Shown one piece after another: positions 14,437 through 30,640 of a stretch of DNA of 64,000 bases; the first letter of the stretch is position 1, and the number at the start of each line of letters is the position of its first letter. Both the position numbers and the translations under genes were made by a program. The notes beneath the pieces are model-generated. The model had not been told where the DNA came from and did no database searches. It saw only the letters and a list, made by a program, of their open reading frames with translations. The stretch comes from the human T2T-CHM13v2.0 reference genome, Homo sapiens: the NCBI RefSeq assembly GCF_009914755.1, contig NC_060940.1. One strand, given 5' to 3'.

Positions 14437-16304
14437 CAGATCAGGGACAAAGGGGATCTGGAGGAAGACGGGGCGGGGAAAGAAAAGAGGAAAAGAGAAT
14501 CCTGATTTCTGGAGCCAACAAAGGGCCCTGTGGGAGCAGAGGTTGTTGCAGGATAATGAAGGGGTGAGCTGGCAGCCAAGAGCTCAGGACATGCTTGAGG
14601 AAAGAACGTTGAACTCAGAAATAAGACTGCTTTCATGCGTTAATTATGCACCTCTTGTCTTCTCTAATCGTTTTATCCAGGGTAACCTTGTTGGCCCAAG
14701 GAAATTATAAATTCCTTGGGATCAGCAATGTGTCGGACAGTTACCCTGTAGCTCCCAAGGTCTCTAGCAGCCTTGCATTCATGTGGGATTCTTCAAAAGT
14801 AGCCCTCAAATTACTGAAGAACTGTGAGGTCAGAGTGGTAAGTAAAAGATTAAAATGTCTGCCAATCAATCACGGTTGCATATGTGTGTGTTTCATCATT
14901 TCACATTGTTTGATTTCTTTCCGCTATGAAAAGACATATGCACACAGAAAAAGAACAGTAACACACACAAAAAAATCAGCCACTTAAAACCACCACCACC
15001 ACCATCATCACCACAGAAACTTAGAAATGGAGCCCAGTAGAGCATCAGTTGTCAGATATCGGGGCTTCAAGTCCCCAAAGCAGATGTCATCTCATGTCAT
15101 TGGGAAGTAAAGATGTTCACGGTGCAAGCGTCATTCACAGACACGCATGCTTGAGTTCCAAGGGAGCAGATGTGAGCCAGTTAGGAAGACGCCAGGAAAA
15201 CACCATGCTTGCCCCACTCCCCAGTCTAGTGTTTAATTCACAGGCCCACATTGCAACTCTTCAATACTTTATTAAACACATCTCTTCTCCTGGATACCCT
15301 GCTACCTTCAGAGCAAACACATTCTACTCTTTGAAGGCAAGTGTGTTCTTAACTGCTTGGATCCTACCCTTTATGACAGAGAAGAAGAAGATATTGCTAA
15401 GGGTTGGATTAGAGGTAGGAAACTGGGGAAGCTCTGCTAAACGGAAGAGGGGTTTACCTTGTTTTTTCATTCATAATGTGAATATAGGCAAGGTTAGAAT
15501 CCCGGTGCACGTCACCATTGTCAAAATGACATCCACAAGCAGTATTGATGCCTCCACCAGGTAAACAGCAGTTCCCTGGTATATATCAGAAGCGTGCTTT
15601 TCTGTATTCTAAGCAGTTTTTGACACAGTGCTTTGCTTTATTGCAAGCCACAATATTTTCAGAAGGCTTAAAAATCCAGTTATGACTGTAGCTGTGAGGG
15701 AAGAGGTCTGCATGGGGCCGGGGAAATTTAATTTTTAGCTTAAAAAAAGTCCCACCAAATTCAATTTTTCTCACCTTTAGGGATTCTCAGAGTTATATCC
15801 AGCTTGCATAACTAGTGTGTTAGAGAATGTGTTACTACGGGGTTATTTTTTTTAACACATTTATTATTTATGAAATGCAGAGGAAAATAGAAATGATCGT
15901 TTCAGGGAATATCCTGTAGCTTTTTTTATTGTATTCAAAGAAGTTGCTCATGCTGTTTTAATTCAAATATTAAAAGTTAAATCTCTTTTCATCCTGACCT
16001 ACATTTAAAAAACACTGCTTTAGCCCTTATGGAGGACAGAAAATGTGCGGAAGGAAAACATCCACTATGCATTCCTTACCCCATAGTTCGTCAGGAATCA
16101 GAATGACTGGCAAACCTGTCCAGGAAGTAATAGGAAAAACAGAGCGAGATCTCTCTCTTCTCTCCACATCCTTGCTTATCCCCTCTCTCCCATAGCAAAC
16201 CAGCCCTGCTGGTTATGCTGGTTTACTCGGCCTGCTCTTGAATGTTGAGAAGCTCCATGTGAGCCCCTCAATCTGTGCTAGGGAAATAAAGAGAAGAGAG
16301 ATAT

Positions 16305-16545
16305 TATCCCATCTTTGATAAGGGATTAATATTGAGAATATATTGAGAACTCCTAAAACTCAACAACAGAAAAGCAAACAAGCTGACTCAAAACCGAGCA
16401 GAGGATTTGAATAGACGTGTCTCCAAAAGATACATACAAATGGCCAATATGCACATAAGAAGATACCTAACATCACTAATCTCTAGAGAAATGCAAATCA
16501 AAGTCACAATGAGATACCACCTCACACCCATCAGGATGGCTATTT
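16305..16545 (+). mobile_element. L1M ORF2/3' fragment
   Basis: gataagggattaatattgagaatatat...ttgaatagacgtgtctccaaaagatacatacaaatggcc...atgcaaatcaaagtcacaatgagataccacctcacacc; [21 protein letters not shown] resembles L1 ORF2 C-terminus. Confidence 0.85.
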
Positions 16546-16847
16546 TTGTTATTGTTGTTATTGTTGAGAAACAGTCTCACTCTGTCACCCAGGCTGGAGC
16601 GCAGTGGTGTGATCTCGGCTCACTACAACCTCTGCCTTCTGGGTTCAGGTGATTCTCCTGCCTCAGCCTCCCAAGCAGTTGGGATTACAGGTACCCCCCA
16701 CCATGCCTGGCTAATTTTGGTACTTTTAGTAGAGATGGAGTTTTACCATGTTGGCCAGGCTGGTCTTGAGCTCCTCACCTTAGGTGATCCTCCCGCCTTG
16801 GCCTCCCAAGTTGCTGGGATTACAGGTGTTAGCCCCTGTGCCTGGCC
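16546..16847 (-). mobile_element. Alu (AluSx-like)
   Basis: gagaaacagtctcactctgtcacccaggctggagcgcag ... cctgtgcctggcc. Confidence 0.93.
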
Positions 16848-17408
16848 TAATTCCCCGTTTTTAAAATGGGTTTAACATCTTTTTATATGTTTATTGGCCA
16901 CTTGATCCTCCCTCAGAGAGCTATACAGTTTTCTCACTTTATTCAGTCTATGAGCAAATGTCATCTTGTAAGAGAATGTTCTGGATCAATCTTAACTGTA
17001 ATAGCATGTTCCTATCCAATACCCCTGCCCCCTCACCATAGCCGAGTCTTCTGTGTATTTGTATGTATATTCATATATATATATATAGTATCCCACCCCC
17101 CTACACACATACATATGTACTTATTTCCTATCTTCTCCTTTCTGGATTGTAAATTTTTTGGATGTAGAAATCAGGTTTTGTTGGTTTGTTTTTCATTGCT
17201 GTATGCCTAACATTTAGAATAGCAGATATTGAATAAATACTTATTGATTTATATTATAAAGGTTGTAGTTTTAAGAAAAATTCAGAACACATTGACCTTT
17301 CTTTACTAGTAATGCGCTGTGTAGATATGGCATAATATTTTTAACCTCTTCTCTCTACTGATGGGAATTAAGGGGTTGTTTGCTCTTTGGTGCTACCAAA
17401 AAAAAAAA

Positions 17409-17417
17409 ATCTATCTA

Positions 17418-17468
<51 letters not shown>

Positions 17469-17535
17469 CTATCTACACACACACACACACACATACATAC
17501 ACATATATACATACATATATGTGTATGTTTATGTG
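17409..17535. repeat. compound microsatellite (TCTG)n(TCTA)n(CA)n
   Basis: direct read. Confidence 0.95.
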
Positions 17536-17889
17536 TGCATGAACCACTAAAGGCATAATAAACGTCTGCTGCCTTGGACCAGCATCTCTGCAGGGTATAA
17601 TCCCAGAAGTAGAACCTACTACATCAATGAGAACACTCATTTTAAGGCTGGGGACATCTTGCCAATTTGTTCACCCAAGGGCTTTGTCAATTCACACTCT
17701 TGCCACCCTACAATGGACAACATATCCCACCCCACAACCACCACAATGCTTTGTCTTTGCCAGTTTCTATCCCTATTTGAGAGATGAGAAAACTAATGAA
17801 AGGCTCACAGACTCAAAGTCAGACAGTTTCTAGTTGGTGGGTCTAACCCTCCCTGTTGCTTGTGCAGATCTCTTTGTTGTGATCTGTTT

Positions 17890-18622
17890 CCTGTGGTCTG
17901 CCACAAACTGGGTAATTTATAAAGAAAAATAAGTTTACTCAGTTATGATTCTGGAGGTCGGAAAGTCCAAGAGCATGGCACTGGTATCTGACGAGGGCGT
18001 GGTATAAGGCATCACATGGCAAGAGCACATGTGAGAGGGAGGAGGCGAGGAGTAAGCAAGAGAACCAGGGGGCTGAAGTCATCCTTTTAATCAGGAATCA
18101 ACTCCCAAGATAACTAACCCACTCCAGTGAAAACTAACTGACACCTGCAGTAGCTAACCTCCTGCAACAATCCATTCTTGAGGGCAGAGCCTTCATGACC
18201 TGATCATCTTGGTTTTTGTTGTTGTTGTTTTTTGTTGCTGTTTTTGTTTTTTCAGATGGCATCCCATCTGTCACCCAGCCTGGAGTGCAGTGGCATGATC
18301 TTGGCTCACTGCAACCTCCACCTCCTGTGCTTGAGTGATTTCCCTGCCTCGGCCTCCCAAGTAGCTGGGATTACAGGCATGCACCACCACACCTGGCTAA
18401 TTTTTTTTGAATTTTCAGTAGAGACGGGGTTTCACCCTGTTGGCCAAGCTGGTCTCAAACTCCTGACCTCAGGTGATCCACCTGCCTCAGGCTCCCTAAG
18501 TGCTGGGATTACATGCATGAGCCACCATGCCCAGCCCAGATCATCTCCTAAAGGTCTCACCTCACAATACCATTACATTGGCAGTTACATTTCAACCTTG
18601 GAGGAAACATTAAAACCATAGC
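17890..18622 (-). mobile_element. MaLR LTR (MSTB-like) interrupted by an Alu
   Basis: aaactgggtaatttataaagaaaaataagttt...ggaaagtccaagagcatggcac...aaacattaaaaccatagc. Confidence 0.8.
18213..18536 (-). mobile_element. Alu (AluSx-like)
   Basis: full antisense dimer; TSD gatcatct. Confidence 0.93.
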
Positions 18623-18859
18623 CCTTCTTGATGGATTACATCCTTAGGAGGATCTGCTTCCAAGTGTCTCACCTATATGGTAGGTGAGTTAGTGCTGGCT
18701 GTAGGTCGTAGGCCTCACTTCCTCATCCCACGGGCCTGTCCACAGGCTGCCCAAACATCTAGCCCCAGGCATCTTTCATGGAGAGTTGCACCAGATTCTG
18801 AAGTGCTCAAACACATGTCTCTACTTTCACTAATCTCTTTTTGTTAAATTTGTTTTTGA

Positions 18860-19560
18860 GTTGTGTGAAATAAATACAATGTAAAATTTACCATTTTAAC
18901 TTTTTATTGCACAGTTTGGAGGCATTAAATATAGTCACACTGTTGTGTAACCATGGCCACTGTACATCTCTAGAACATTATTCATCTTGTAAAACTGAAA
19001 CTCTATATCCATTAAACATTAACTCCCATTATGTCTTCCCCCAGCCCCTGGCAACTACTATTCTCCTTTCTGTCTTTATGAACTTGACTGCTCTAGTATC
19101 TCATGTAAGTGGAATCATTCAGTATTTGTCTTTTTGTTACTGGTTTATTTCACTTAGCATAATATCCTTAAGGTTCATCTGTGTCATCACATTTGACAAG
19201 ATTTCTTCCCTGTCTAAGGATGAATTACATTCCATTGTATGTGTAAACCACATTTCTCTTATCCCTCCATTCATCTGTAGACGCTTGGGTTCCTTCCACA
19301 CTTGAGTTACTGTGAATGATGCTATGAACGGGAGTGTACAATACCTTTCAGAGTCCCTGCTTTCAGTTGTCTTGGGTGTATAGCTGCAAGTGAAATTGAT
19401 GAATCATAGAGTAATTTATTTATTTATTTTTTAGTAACCGACATACTCTTTTCCGTAGCACTGCATCATTTTGCATTTCCGTCAGCAGTGCACAAGGGTT
19501 CCAATCTGTCCACATCATTGCCAACACTTATATTCAATTTTCAGAAATAATGGCCATCCT
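18860..19560 (-). mobile_element. L1MB-like 3' region
   Basis: aaaatttaccattttaac...catcttgtaaaactgaaactctat...ccccagcccctggcaactacta...tttatttcacttagcataat. Confidence 0.85.
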
Positions 19561-19861
19561 GGCCAGGTGCAGTGGCTCATGCCTGTAATCCCGGCTCTTT
19601 GGGAAGCCAAGGCAGGCAGATCACCTGAGGTCAGGAGTTCCAGACCAGCCTGACCAGCATGGTGAAATCTCTTCTCTACTAAAAATGCAAAAATTATCCA
19701 GGTGTGGTGGCAAGCACCTGTCATCCCAGCTACTCCGGAGGCTGAAGCAGAAGAATTACTTGAACCTGGGAGGGAGAGGTTGCAGTGAGTCAAGATCGTA
19801 TGACTGCACACTCCAGCCTGGGGGACAGCACGAGACTGCGTCTCATTAAAACAAAAACAAA
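19561..19861 (+). mobile_element. Alu (AluSx-like)
   Basis: ggccaggtgcagtggctcatgcctgtaatcc ... gactgcgtctc then A-rich tail. Confidence 0.93.
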
Positions 19862-20534
19862 TTGGAAGAATTTAAAAGGGAGTGGGGAAGAAGTATGGTC
19901 AGAACATTTTCCAAACTAGTGTTCATTTTCTATATCCAAAATTTTCATGCAGTGTTTACCTCTCTTTATCTTAAGAAATCAATAATTGGGATTTCATTAT
20001 TTTGTTTTGTCAAAACAAAGTTATTGAACAACAAAATACCAGTGTTTGAGTGATTAAAAAACAACAACATGGTATTGAAAAATCAAAGTACTTATCACTA
20101 AAGTTAATGCTCATCCTCTCAGCCCACCAGCCAGGGGTCAGGGAGGGGACACGATTGCACACTGGGCTAGAGCTGCTGTCCGAGAGGCCTTGAGGGTAGG
20201 CGTACGACAGCAGCATTTCAGAGGTAGTTGGCAATGCTCCTCTGCCACCCATAGTGAGACAGGGAACTTCCTGGGCTTCTGGTACAGAGTTTTCCTAACA
20301 GTATGTGCATACCTAGCTGCAGTTCCTGGTCTAGGGATTCTTGCTATAGAACTACAGAGCGGTAACTTGAGTCACTGTGAAAGCAGCTCTTCAGTCTGGA
20401 CTGAAGTTGCTGCGCTTGGGATTTTCTTTTTCATGATGTTTTCCTTTATTTCTTTTATCAATACAGAATACGTATTTATGTAATAAATATGTGAGTATTT
20501 TTTTACATGCAGAGAATATGTCATGATCAGTATT

Positions 20535-20830
20535 TGAAAGGGAGACCTGCCTTTACATGTTTATTGCAGCACTACTTAAAATAGCCAAGACATGGAATCA
20601 ACCTAACTGTCCATCAGTGGGCTAATGGACAAAGAACATGTGGTATATGTATGCAGTGGAGTACTATTTGGACATAAAAAGAAGGAATTTTTTAAAAAGA
20701 TAACAAAGTCATGTCATTTGCAGCAGCACAGATGGAACTGGAGGTCATTGTGTTGTGAAATTACTCAAGCACAGAAAGACAAGTACCATATTCTCACTCA
20801 TATGTGGGAGTTAAAAAATATGATCTCGAG
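20535..20830 (+). mobile_element. L1MA-like fragment
   Basis: catgtttattgcagcactact..aatagccaagacatggaatcaacctaactgtccatcag...atggaactggaggtcatt. Confidence 0.8.
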
Positions 20831-20933
20831 ATTTTTTTCTTTAAAGGAAAAAGCTGTGAGGCCCTTTGCTTAGTTTGGAGGATCTCAGAGGGAAAGGGGC
20901 CACGCTTTGGGTATCACTTGAATGGTCAATTTA

Positions 20934-21252
<319 letters not shown>

Positions 21253-23006
21253 TTAACCTATTCGAGTGACCTTGAGCTATATGCCTATCTGGCCTAATTT
21301 TCCCATCATCGAAGTGAGATAATAATACATAGCTCAGAGTGTATGGTCAGAATTAGGGGAGGCAGCAGAAGTAATGTGTTTAGTGTGGTTCCTGGCATGT
21401 AGCAGATGTTCAGAGTGGTAGTTTCAGACGATGTCTCCAAGTCTTTGATAGTTTCCCTTCATAAAGTAGAGCCTCATCTCCCTCCCCATGAATAGAATAG
21501 AATGTAGCAGACACAATACCATGTGACTTCCAACAGTAGATCATAAAAAGGAAATCTTTTTCTCTCTCTTCTTGTCAATTTTCTTTTGCAATAATGAATG
21601 ATTACTGTTGTCTTAAGCCATTACATTTCAGGGTAATTTGTCTCATGGCAATAGATAACTCACACCTTCAGTAGTATTTGCAGCCAAAATCTGTTATCGT
21701 TGAATATTCAAAAATGTGTGACCTATCCCCATTGTGCATGTACACACAAGCACACGCTCCCCTACATACTTTGCTGACATCTTATTCTTAAATGTAATGT
21801 GCCTTATTCAAAGGGTGATTAGGAGGTTTGAGAATCAGTGTGGCAGCTAAGCGAGACATCTTCCTTGTTTTAATCAGAAGAATGGAAAGTGCTTTGTAGA
21901 GGCGAGGTGGACTGTCAAGCACAGAGCATGCATGTCTCTAAGGCATGCCACAGAGTTTATCCGGGGCCAGGATACCTGTGGTCTAGATCCTAGAAAGGAG
22001 GGATGCTAGCCTGCACATCGGTTACTAATGGAACCCTTGGGTTTGTGTGACTGGGGACCAATCTGTGCCGATGTGTGAATATGTCTGCTTTGCTTACACT
22101 CAGGCAGTGATTGCATATCTGGGGGCTAATGAGCTAAGTTTGGATAATGGCAAGAGGGTTTCTTCTCAATGCGCAAGAGTATTTTGCCTGCGTTAGGCTG
22201 ACTGCGGGCATTTCCTTAGATCTGAGGTTCACTTTTTGCTCCGGGGGTTCAGCTTCTGTACACTTGATGGATGCTGGTCTTAATTTGGTGTGTTGCAGTC
22301 ATTGCGAGTTGTGCAAGGATATTACCTTAAGGATATTCTTTTGAATATAAAATTAGAATAAATTAAGGGATGTTGGATATTAAGCCTAAATCAGAGATGA
22401 GTAATTGCCTTCCGTTTTATGCCGTTAAGTTTGTTGGAAATGCAAGATATTTGTTTTAATTACCAAGTTGTTGAACCAACTCTCAATGAGCATAGGCACA
22501 AACAGAAACAAATAAAAACTTCTTGGTGAGTTTGTGAAATGTAGATAACACCTAATTGGATGCATTTTGTTAGTGCCTGTCCTATTATCATTACTTTCTT
22601 CCTTCATCCAACATTGAGTAATTGACTCCCGACTATGTATCCAGAAACGTAAAATGCTCTGGGGAGGATATTAAGGGCTACATTTTTTTCATTGCTTAAT
22701 TGTTTCCTGTATATGCCAGCCTAAGCACTTGACATCCCTATAAAATATTCACAGAAGCACTATAAGGTAATTATGACTATGACCGCTATTTCACAGATAC
22801 AAAACTAAGGCTGAGAGAGGATAGCATTAGATTAATATTAAAACAAAAACTCATACAGCTAGAGGTAGGGTAATTCCATACTGTATTGGTAATTCAAAGC
22901 AGATAAAATTGTTGCCTCTTGAAAGCCTGTGCCCAAAACGCTTTAAAGAGGTTCTTTCCGAATGCTCAAAAACAGTGTATTTTAAAAGCTGCTCTCTGAA
23001 ATTTTT

Positions 23007-23257
23007 AAGATCCATCAGCCAGAGTGTGATGTTCCCCTTCCTGTGTCCATGTGATCTCATTGGGACTGTTGTGGGGTGGGGGGAGGGGGGAGGGATAGCA
23101 TTGGGAGATATACCTAATGCTAGATGACGAGTTAGTGGGGGTAGCACACCAGCATTGCACATGTATACGTATGTAACTAACCTGCACAATGTGCACATGT
23201 ACCCTAAAACTTAAAGTATGATAATAAAAAAATAAATAAAAAAAGATCCATCAGCCA
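23007..23257 (+). mobile_element. L1PA2-like short insertion with 5' inversion and 15-bp TSD
   Basis: TSD aagatccatcagcca at 23007-23021 and 23243-23257; 23022-23062 is antisense L1 3'UTR; 23062-23242 is sense L1 3' end with poly-A; diagnostic 'gatgacgagttag', 'cacaatgtg'. Confidence 0.92.
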
Positions 23258-23568
23258 ATAATTTTACCTTTAAAATGTTATCAAAAATGATATTTTTTTC
23301 CAAATTTTTATTCTGGAAAATTCAACTATGTCTGTAAGAAATCAAAATAGTATAATGAATCCCTGGGTACTCAGATACCCAGATTCAACAATTGCCAACT
23401 CACGACCAACACTGTTTCCTTTTTACCTTCATTCCCACATCCCCCGAACAACCACCCCACATGCACAATGTATCTTTTGAAGTAGATACTTTTCTTTGTT
23501 GGTATTTTAGGAAAGTCTTATTAATGTAGACTTTTTTTTTATAGTTTTCTATGTGTTGGCCATTCAAA

Positions 23569-24151
23569 TGTCAATGAAAAGAGTCAAACTCTGTAAAACA
23601 GTGAAGATATTTATTCTGAGTGACATAGGAGTGACACAGACATCAGGAGATCCTGAGAACACACACCCATAGTGGTCAAGGCACAGCCTAGTTTCACAAA
23701 TTTTAGGGAGATGTGAGGCATTAATCAAATACATGTGAGATTTACATTGGTTCGGTCTGGAAAGGTGGGACAACTGGAAGCAAGGGTATGGTGAGATGGG
23801 CTTCCACGTTATTGGCAATTGGTTAAAAGAGTTATTATCGATAGAAAAGAATGTCTGGGTTAGGATAAGGGGTTGTGGAGACCAAAGTTTTATCGTGTGG
23901 ATGTAGCCTCCAGGTAGCAGGCTGTGGAGAGATTAGATTGCAAATGTTTCTTTTCAGACTTAAGGTCTGTGTTGATGAAATGCTGGCTGGCTTTTCCTGA
24001 ATTCCAAAAGGGAGATGGGTATCATGAGGCATTCCTATCATGGTCTGAATCAGTTTTTCAGCTCAACTTTGGAATGCCCTGGCTGAGAGGAGAGGTCCAT
24101 TTAGATGGGTGGGGGTGGGGGGTGGGCTTACAATTTTATTTTTGGTTTACA
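23569..24151 (-). mobile_element. ERV1 solo LTR, MER4A/B-like
   Basis: minus strand starts tgtaaaccaaaaataaaattgtaagccc; ends ...tttacagagtttgactcttttcattgaca. Confidence 0.85.
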
Positions 24152-24770
24152 CAAGTCTGTAGAAATGGGAGCTAATTGTGATATGGATATCCCTCAGTTT
24201 CTGCTTGCTTTTTAGAAGAAACTGCAATCACATACCTTAAAAAAGGAATCTACATATAGAAATTTTGAACTATTCAAGTTCATTGTTTAAAAACAAATTT
24301 CTGGATTTACTTTCCTAGTGTAGAATATAATCTGTCATTGTCCAGATTAGATCATTGTCCTATAAATATCAGGTAGGTTGCAGATACAATAATGCTGTGC
24401 AGATCTTTAGCCTTTGTATTTTTTGGTATCGTCACAAGGAAAGTAAAAATAGTAATTGAAACCGAAGCCTATTGTTGGCAAGAAGGTTAAGTTAGCACAG
24501 CACATAGAGCATTACCTGGAAAATAGTAAGGGTCGGAAAAATGTAACTGTTACACTGTTGCTGTTGTTATTTTTGTTGTTCTTGCCATCACTTTTCTTGT
24601 CTGAGAAATTTCTAAGTCTCATCCATAATATTAATAAGGATTAAATAAGGTAAATGCCTAACATTCTAGCATTACCAGACACTGAATTACTGTATTTTTT
24701 TCTCTTCATTTTTTTTCCCTCTGGCTATGTGTGGTGGATTTAGTTGGACTGTTTATAGGAGGACAATCTA

Positions 24771-25133
<363 letters not shown>

Positions 25134-25514
25134 TCACTTTCCTTAGAGATCTGCCTTGACATGTGACGAACTCTGGAATATCATTGCTACCATGGGGTTT
25201 GTTCTTTTCCTGTCATTTTACTCTTGAAGAAACAGTGGCCCAGAAAAATTTAGCAACCTGCCAAGGTCACACCACTAACTAATGGCATAGCTGGAATTAG
25301 AACTCAGGCCAATGAAGAGAAAAATAATTAATTAGGTTTTGAAATTTGATATATAAAAACCATAAAGGTTTCCCCACTTCTCAAATACTGCAGACATGAG
25401 TGTAATATGAGTCATTATTTTGGGCCAATTTTGCTTGAAATAACAATAAATTACCTAGAGTCACAAATAATATATAAATTGGTCCAAAGTTTTAGGTAGC
25501 TTTATATATGTGTA

Positions 25515-25545
<31 letters not shown>

Positions 25546-25626
25546 GTAGCTATATATAGTAGACATCTGTTTTTATCTGGGTTAATGAATGTGCTCTGCT
25601 TTGCACGGAATTTAAATAGTTTCAGA

Positions 25627-25946
25627 ATTTTTCTTTCTTTTCTTTTTTTTTTTTCTTTTTTTTGAGATGGTGTCTTGTTCTGTCATGCAGGCTGGAGTTC
25701 AGTGGGAGTGATTTCAGCTCACTGCAACCTCTCCCTCCCAAGTTCACTTGATTCTCATGCCTCAACCACCTGAGTAGCTGCGATTACAGCCGTGTGCTAC
25801 CATACCCAGCTAATTTTTGTATCTTTGGTAGAGTTGAGGCTTCACTATGTTGGCCGGGCTGGTCTCAGACTCCTGGCCTCAAATGATCAGCCTGCCTTGG
25901 CCTACCATAGTGCTGGGATTACAGATGTCAGCCATCATGCTGGACC
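25627..25946 (-). mobile_element. Alu (diverged S/J)
   Basis: T tail gagatggtgtcttgttctgtc ... gccatcatgctggacc; TSD cagaattttt. Confidence 0.9.
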
Positions 25947-26152
25947 AGAATTTTTCACTAAGAGGGTATCATATAGCTGGTGGAAGATACATGTCAAGGC
26001 TCTTTGTAATTTACTGCATATTATTCAATTTCACTCCATAAATGCATAATTTAATCACAACTCTGGTTTAAATGATATAGCAGGAATGACATGGGTGGAA
26101 TTTAAAGTTTGTATAATTTATATCATCCATAGCACTTTGAAAAGGCACAGGT

Positions 26153-26367
<215 letters not shown>

Positions 26368-26622
26368 TTACCTCTGGCTATCAGAGGGGCTTGGGCATGA
26401 GTCCTTGTTGCTGCCCATATAGGAAGGGGCTGCTGTGAGTTGCTCTGACCAAGCTAGGTTTTGGGAGATGCTTAAAAGCAAAAGCTCAAACTACATTGCT
26501 CACTTCCCATCCGACAATTCCAGGAACTTAACAATTCAGGAGCAGCTAAAGCTCCTTTAATCTTCTCTCTGTCCACACAGCAAAAACTGACGAGTGAGTG
26601 ATGACAATGATAATTTAGGTAA

Positions 26623-27139
<517 letters not shown>

Positions 27140-27335
27140 CCCCTTATCGTATACTTCTATATGTGTATGGACGCCTATGTGCGTGTACGTAAGTGTGGAG
27201 GGAGAAATGGAGGTGGGTAGTTAAACAGGAAAGAGTCTTAGTTGGAATTTCATTTCAAGTCTACTGGGATATGGAGGCAAGAATCCTCAGGAAATCCATC
27301 AGCAGACTCTCATTCCATGCATACATATATATATA

Positions 27336-27495
27336 TTCCCTTCCTTCCCTCCCATTACCTCCCTCCCTCCATCCCCTCCCATTCCCTCCCTCCCATTCCC
27401 TCTCTCCCTCCCTTCCCTCCTTCCCTCCCTCCTTCCTTCCTTCCTTCCTTCCTTCCTTCCTTCCTTCCTTCCTTCCTTCCTTCCTTCCTTCCTTC
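27336..27495. repeat. polypyrimidine tract / (TTCC)n microsatellite
   Basis: direct read. Confidence 0.95.
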
Positions 27496-27989
27496 TCTAT
27501 GGCTTCCAGCAAGTAGATTAGCCGTGTGGAAACTCAGTTTTCTCATTTGGAATATTAGGAAATCCCTAATTTAAAATAAACACCAAAGTCCTCTAACATA
27601 CTGTAAAAGTGCCGTAAACTTTTGATCTATTCTTTCTTCCCAGTAAGGGGACCCTGCTGGTGGGTTTCCTGAAGGTTCTCACACCTGTCCACCAAGAGAC
27701 TTGAAATTCCAACAGGGACTCTCCTCTACCTACTAAATTATGCCCCTCCTCTGCCCTTCATACCTGTTGAATATTATAAGAATGGGTTTATCTATAAAGC
27801 AGGTCAGTCATAGTAATAGAGCTGATGGTTAGGAAAGGTGGATAGACAGAGAGAGATTGGATTTGGCTTCTGAGAATGTGGTAACTATACCAAGCAAGAG
27901 GTAGAAGGCAGGTGAACTCATACTCACCCTATTGGAGGACCTAACAAATAAGAATGAGCTGCTTTTTTTTCCCCCTAACTCTTTCCCAT

Positions 27990-28595
<606 letters not shown>

Positions 28596-29433
28596 GGATG
28601 AGCTTTAAGAATGTTGACAACATCTCCATCTCCTGGGAGATGAAGCTTCCTAGTGAGACTATCAGTTAGAGCATTTTCCTGTGGAAGCATCAAGAAGACA
28701 AGAGTAGACTAAGGCAAGTGATTGGGTGATCAAGACAGAGTGGACTTTTTAGTGCAGGAGACGGTGCTAGGCAGAGTTGAGTGGACAGCGAGAAGGATAA
28801 GATGGTGTCTGACTTGGATGTGAACTTGACACTGGGGCATCTCTTTGGACAAGTGACCATTTAGAGACTCTCTTGAGAGACAGACTCACAAGCAGGTAAA
28901 AAATAAGGGCAAATGGTTTTTATATATTGTCTCCAAGTCATTCTCAGAAAAGATGGCTGACCCTGAACAGGTTTTGAGGAGGACAGTCCTTCTACATGGG
29001 TGTAGTGTGATGCTCGCAGTTTGCAGTATACAAAGTACACAGTTGTGGTACCGACAGGGCTCGCATTGGAGATTCGACATCACCATGTGCTTTTGTGACT
29101 TGTTTCGTGGTTGAAAAAAGCAAAATGGATCCCCCAAGGCTCTTCCTACCCAGACCCAAATGGGCAAGCGGGGAGAAAGCTCCCTGAATGCCTTTACGTT
29201 AGATGCTGTTGGGATTCAGAGCAGGTCCCCAGGAGGGAGCCAATCTGGGTACTCATTCCTTAGCTGCTGTAATACTGGCTTGCTAATGGCTACCAGCTCT
29301 CCACTCTCCACAGACCTGAGCTTGGCCAAATGGGAACTGCTTTGCCTATAAGGTTATAGAGCCCTCAAGAGAAAGCCAGCAGTCAATGACTGATCAAGGT
29401 GCAAAAAGAATAGCCCATTTGTCTTAAAGAGGG

Positions 29434-30177
<744 letters not shown>

Positions 30178-30250
30178 GGGACAACCAACACTGCAAAGCC
30201 TGAAACCTGTGGCTCAGGCCCAGGCTAGACTCTACTTAAGACCACACCCT

Positions 30251-30640
<390 letters not shown>

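Noticed and set aside
15049-15564. 171-aa ORF in unique sequence
   Set aside because: TTG start, no recognisable domain and no clear splice framework; its length is compatible with chance.
18100-18165. Short tandem 'aactaacccactcc'-like repeats
   Set aside because: Lie inside the MST-type LTR and, as I recall, are part of that consensus; not a CRISPR-like or novel array.
20170-20250. Two adjacent hairpins (gctgctgtc/gacagcagc; cagagg/cctctg) suggesting an H/ACA snoRNA
   Set aside because: No ANANNA hinge, short stems and wrong geometry.
21922-21950. CATG-rich p53-like site
   Set aside because: Each half-site has a mismatch and there is a 3-bp spacer; too weak to support.
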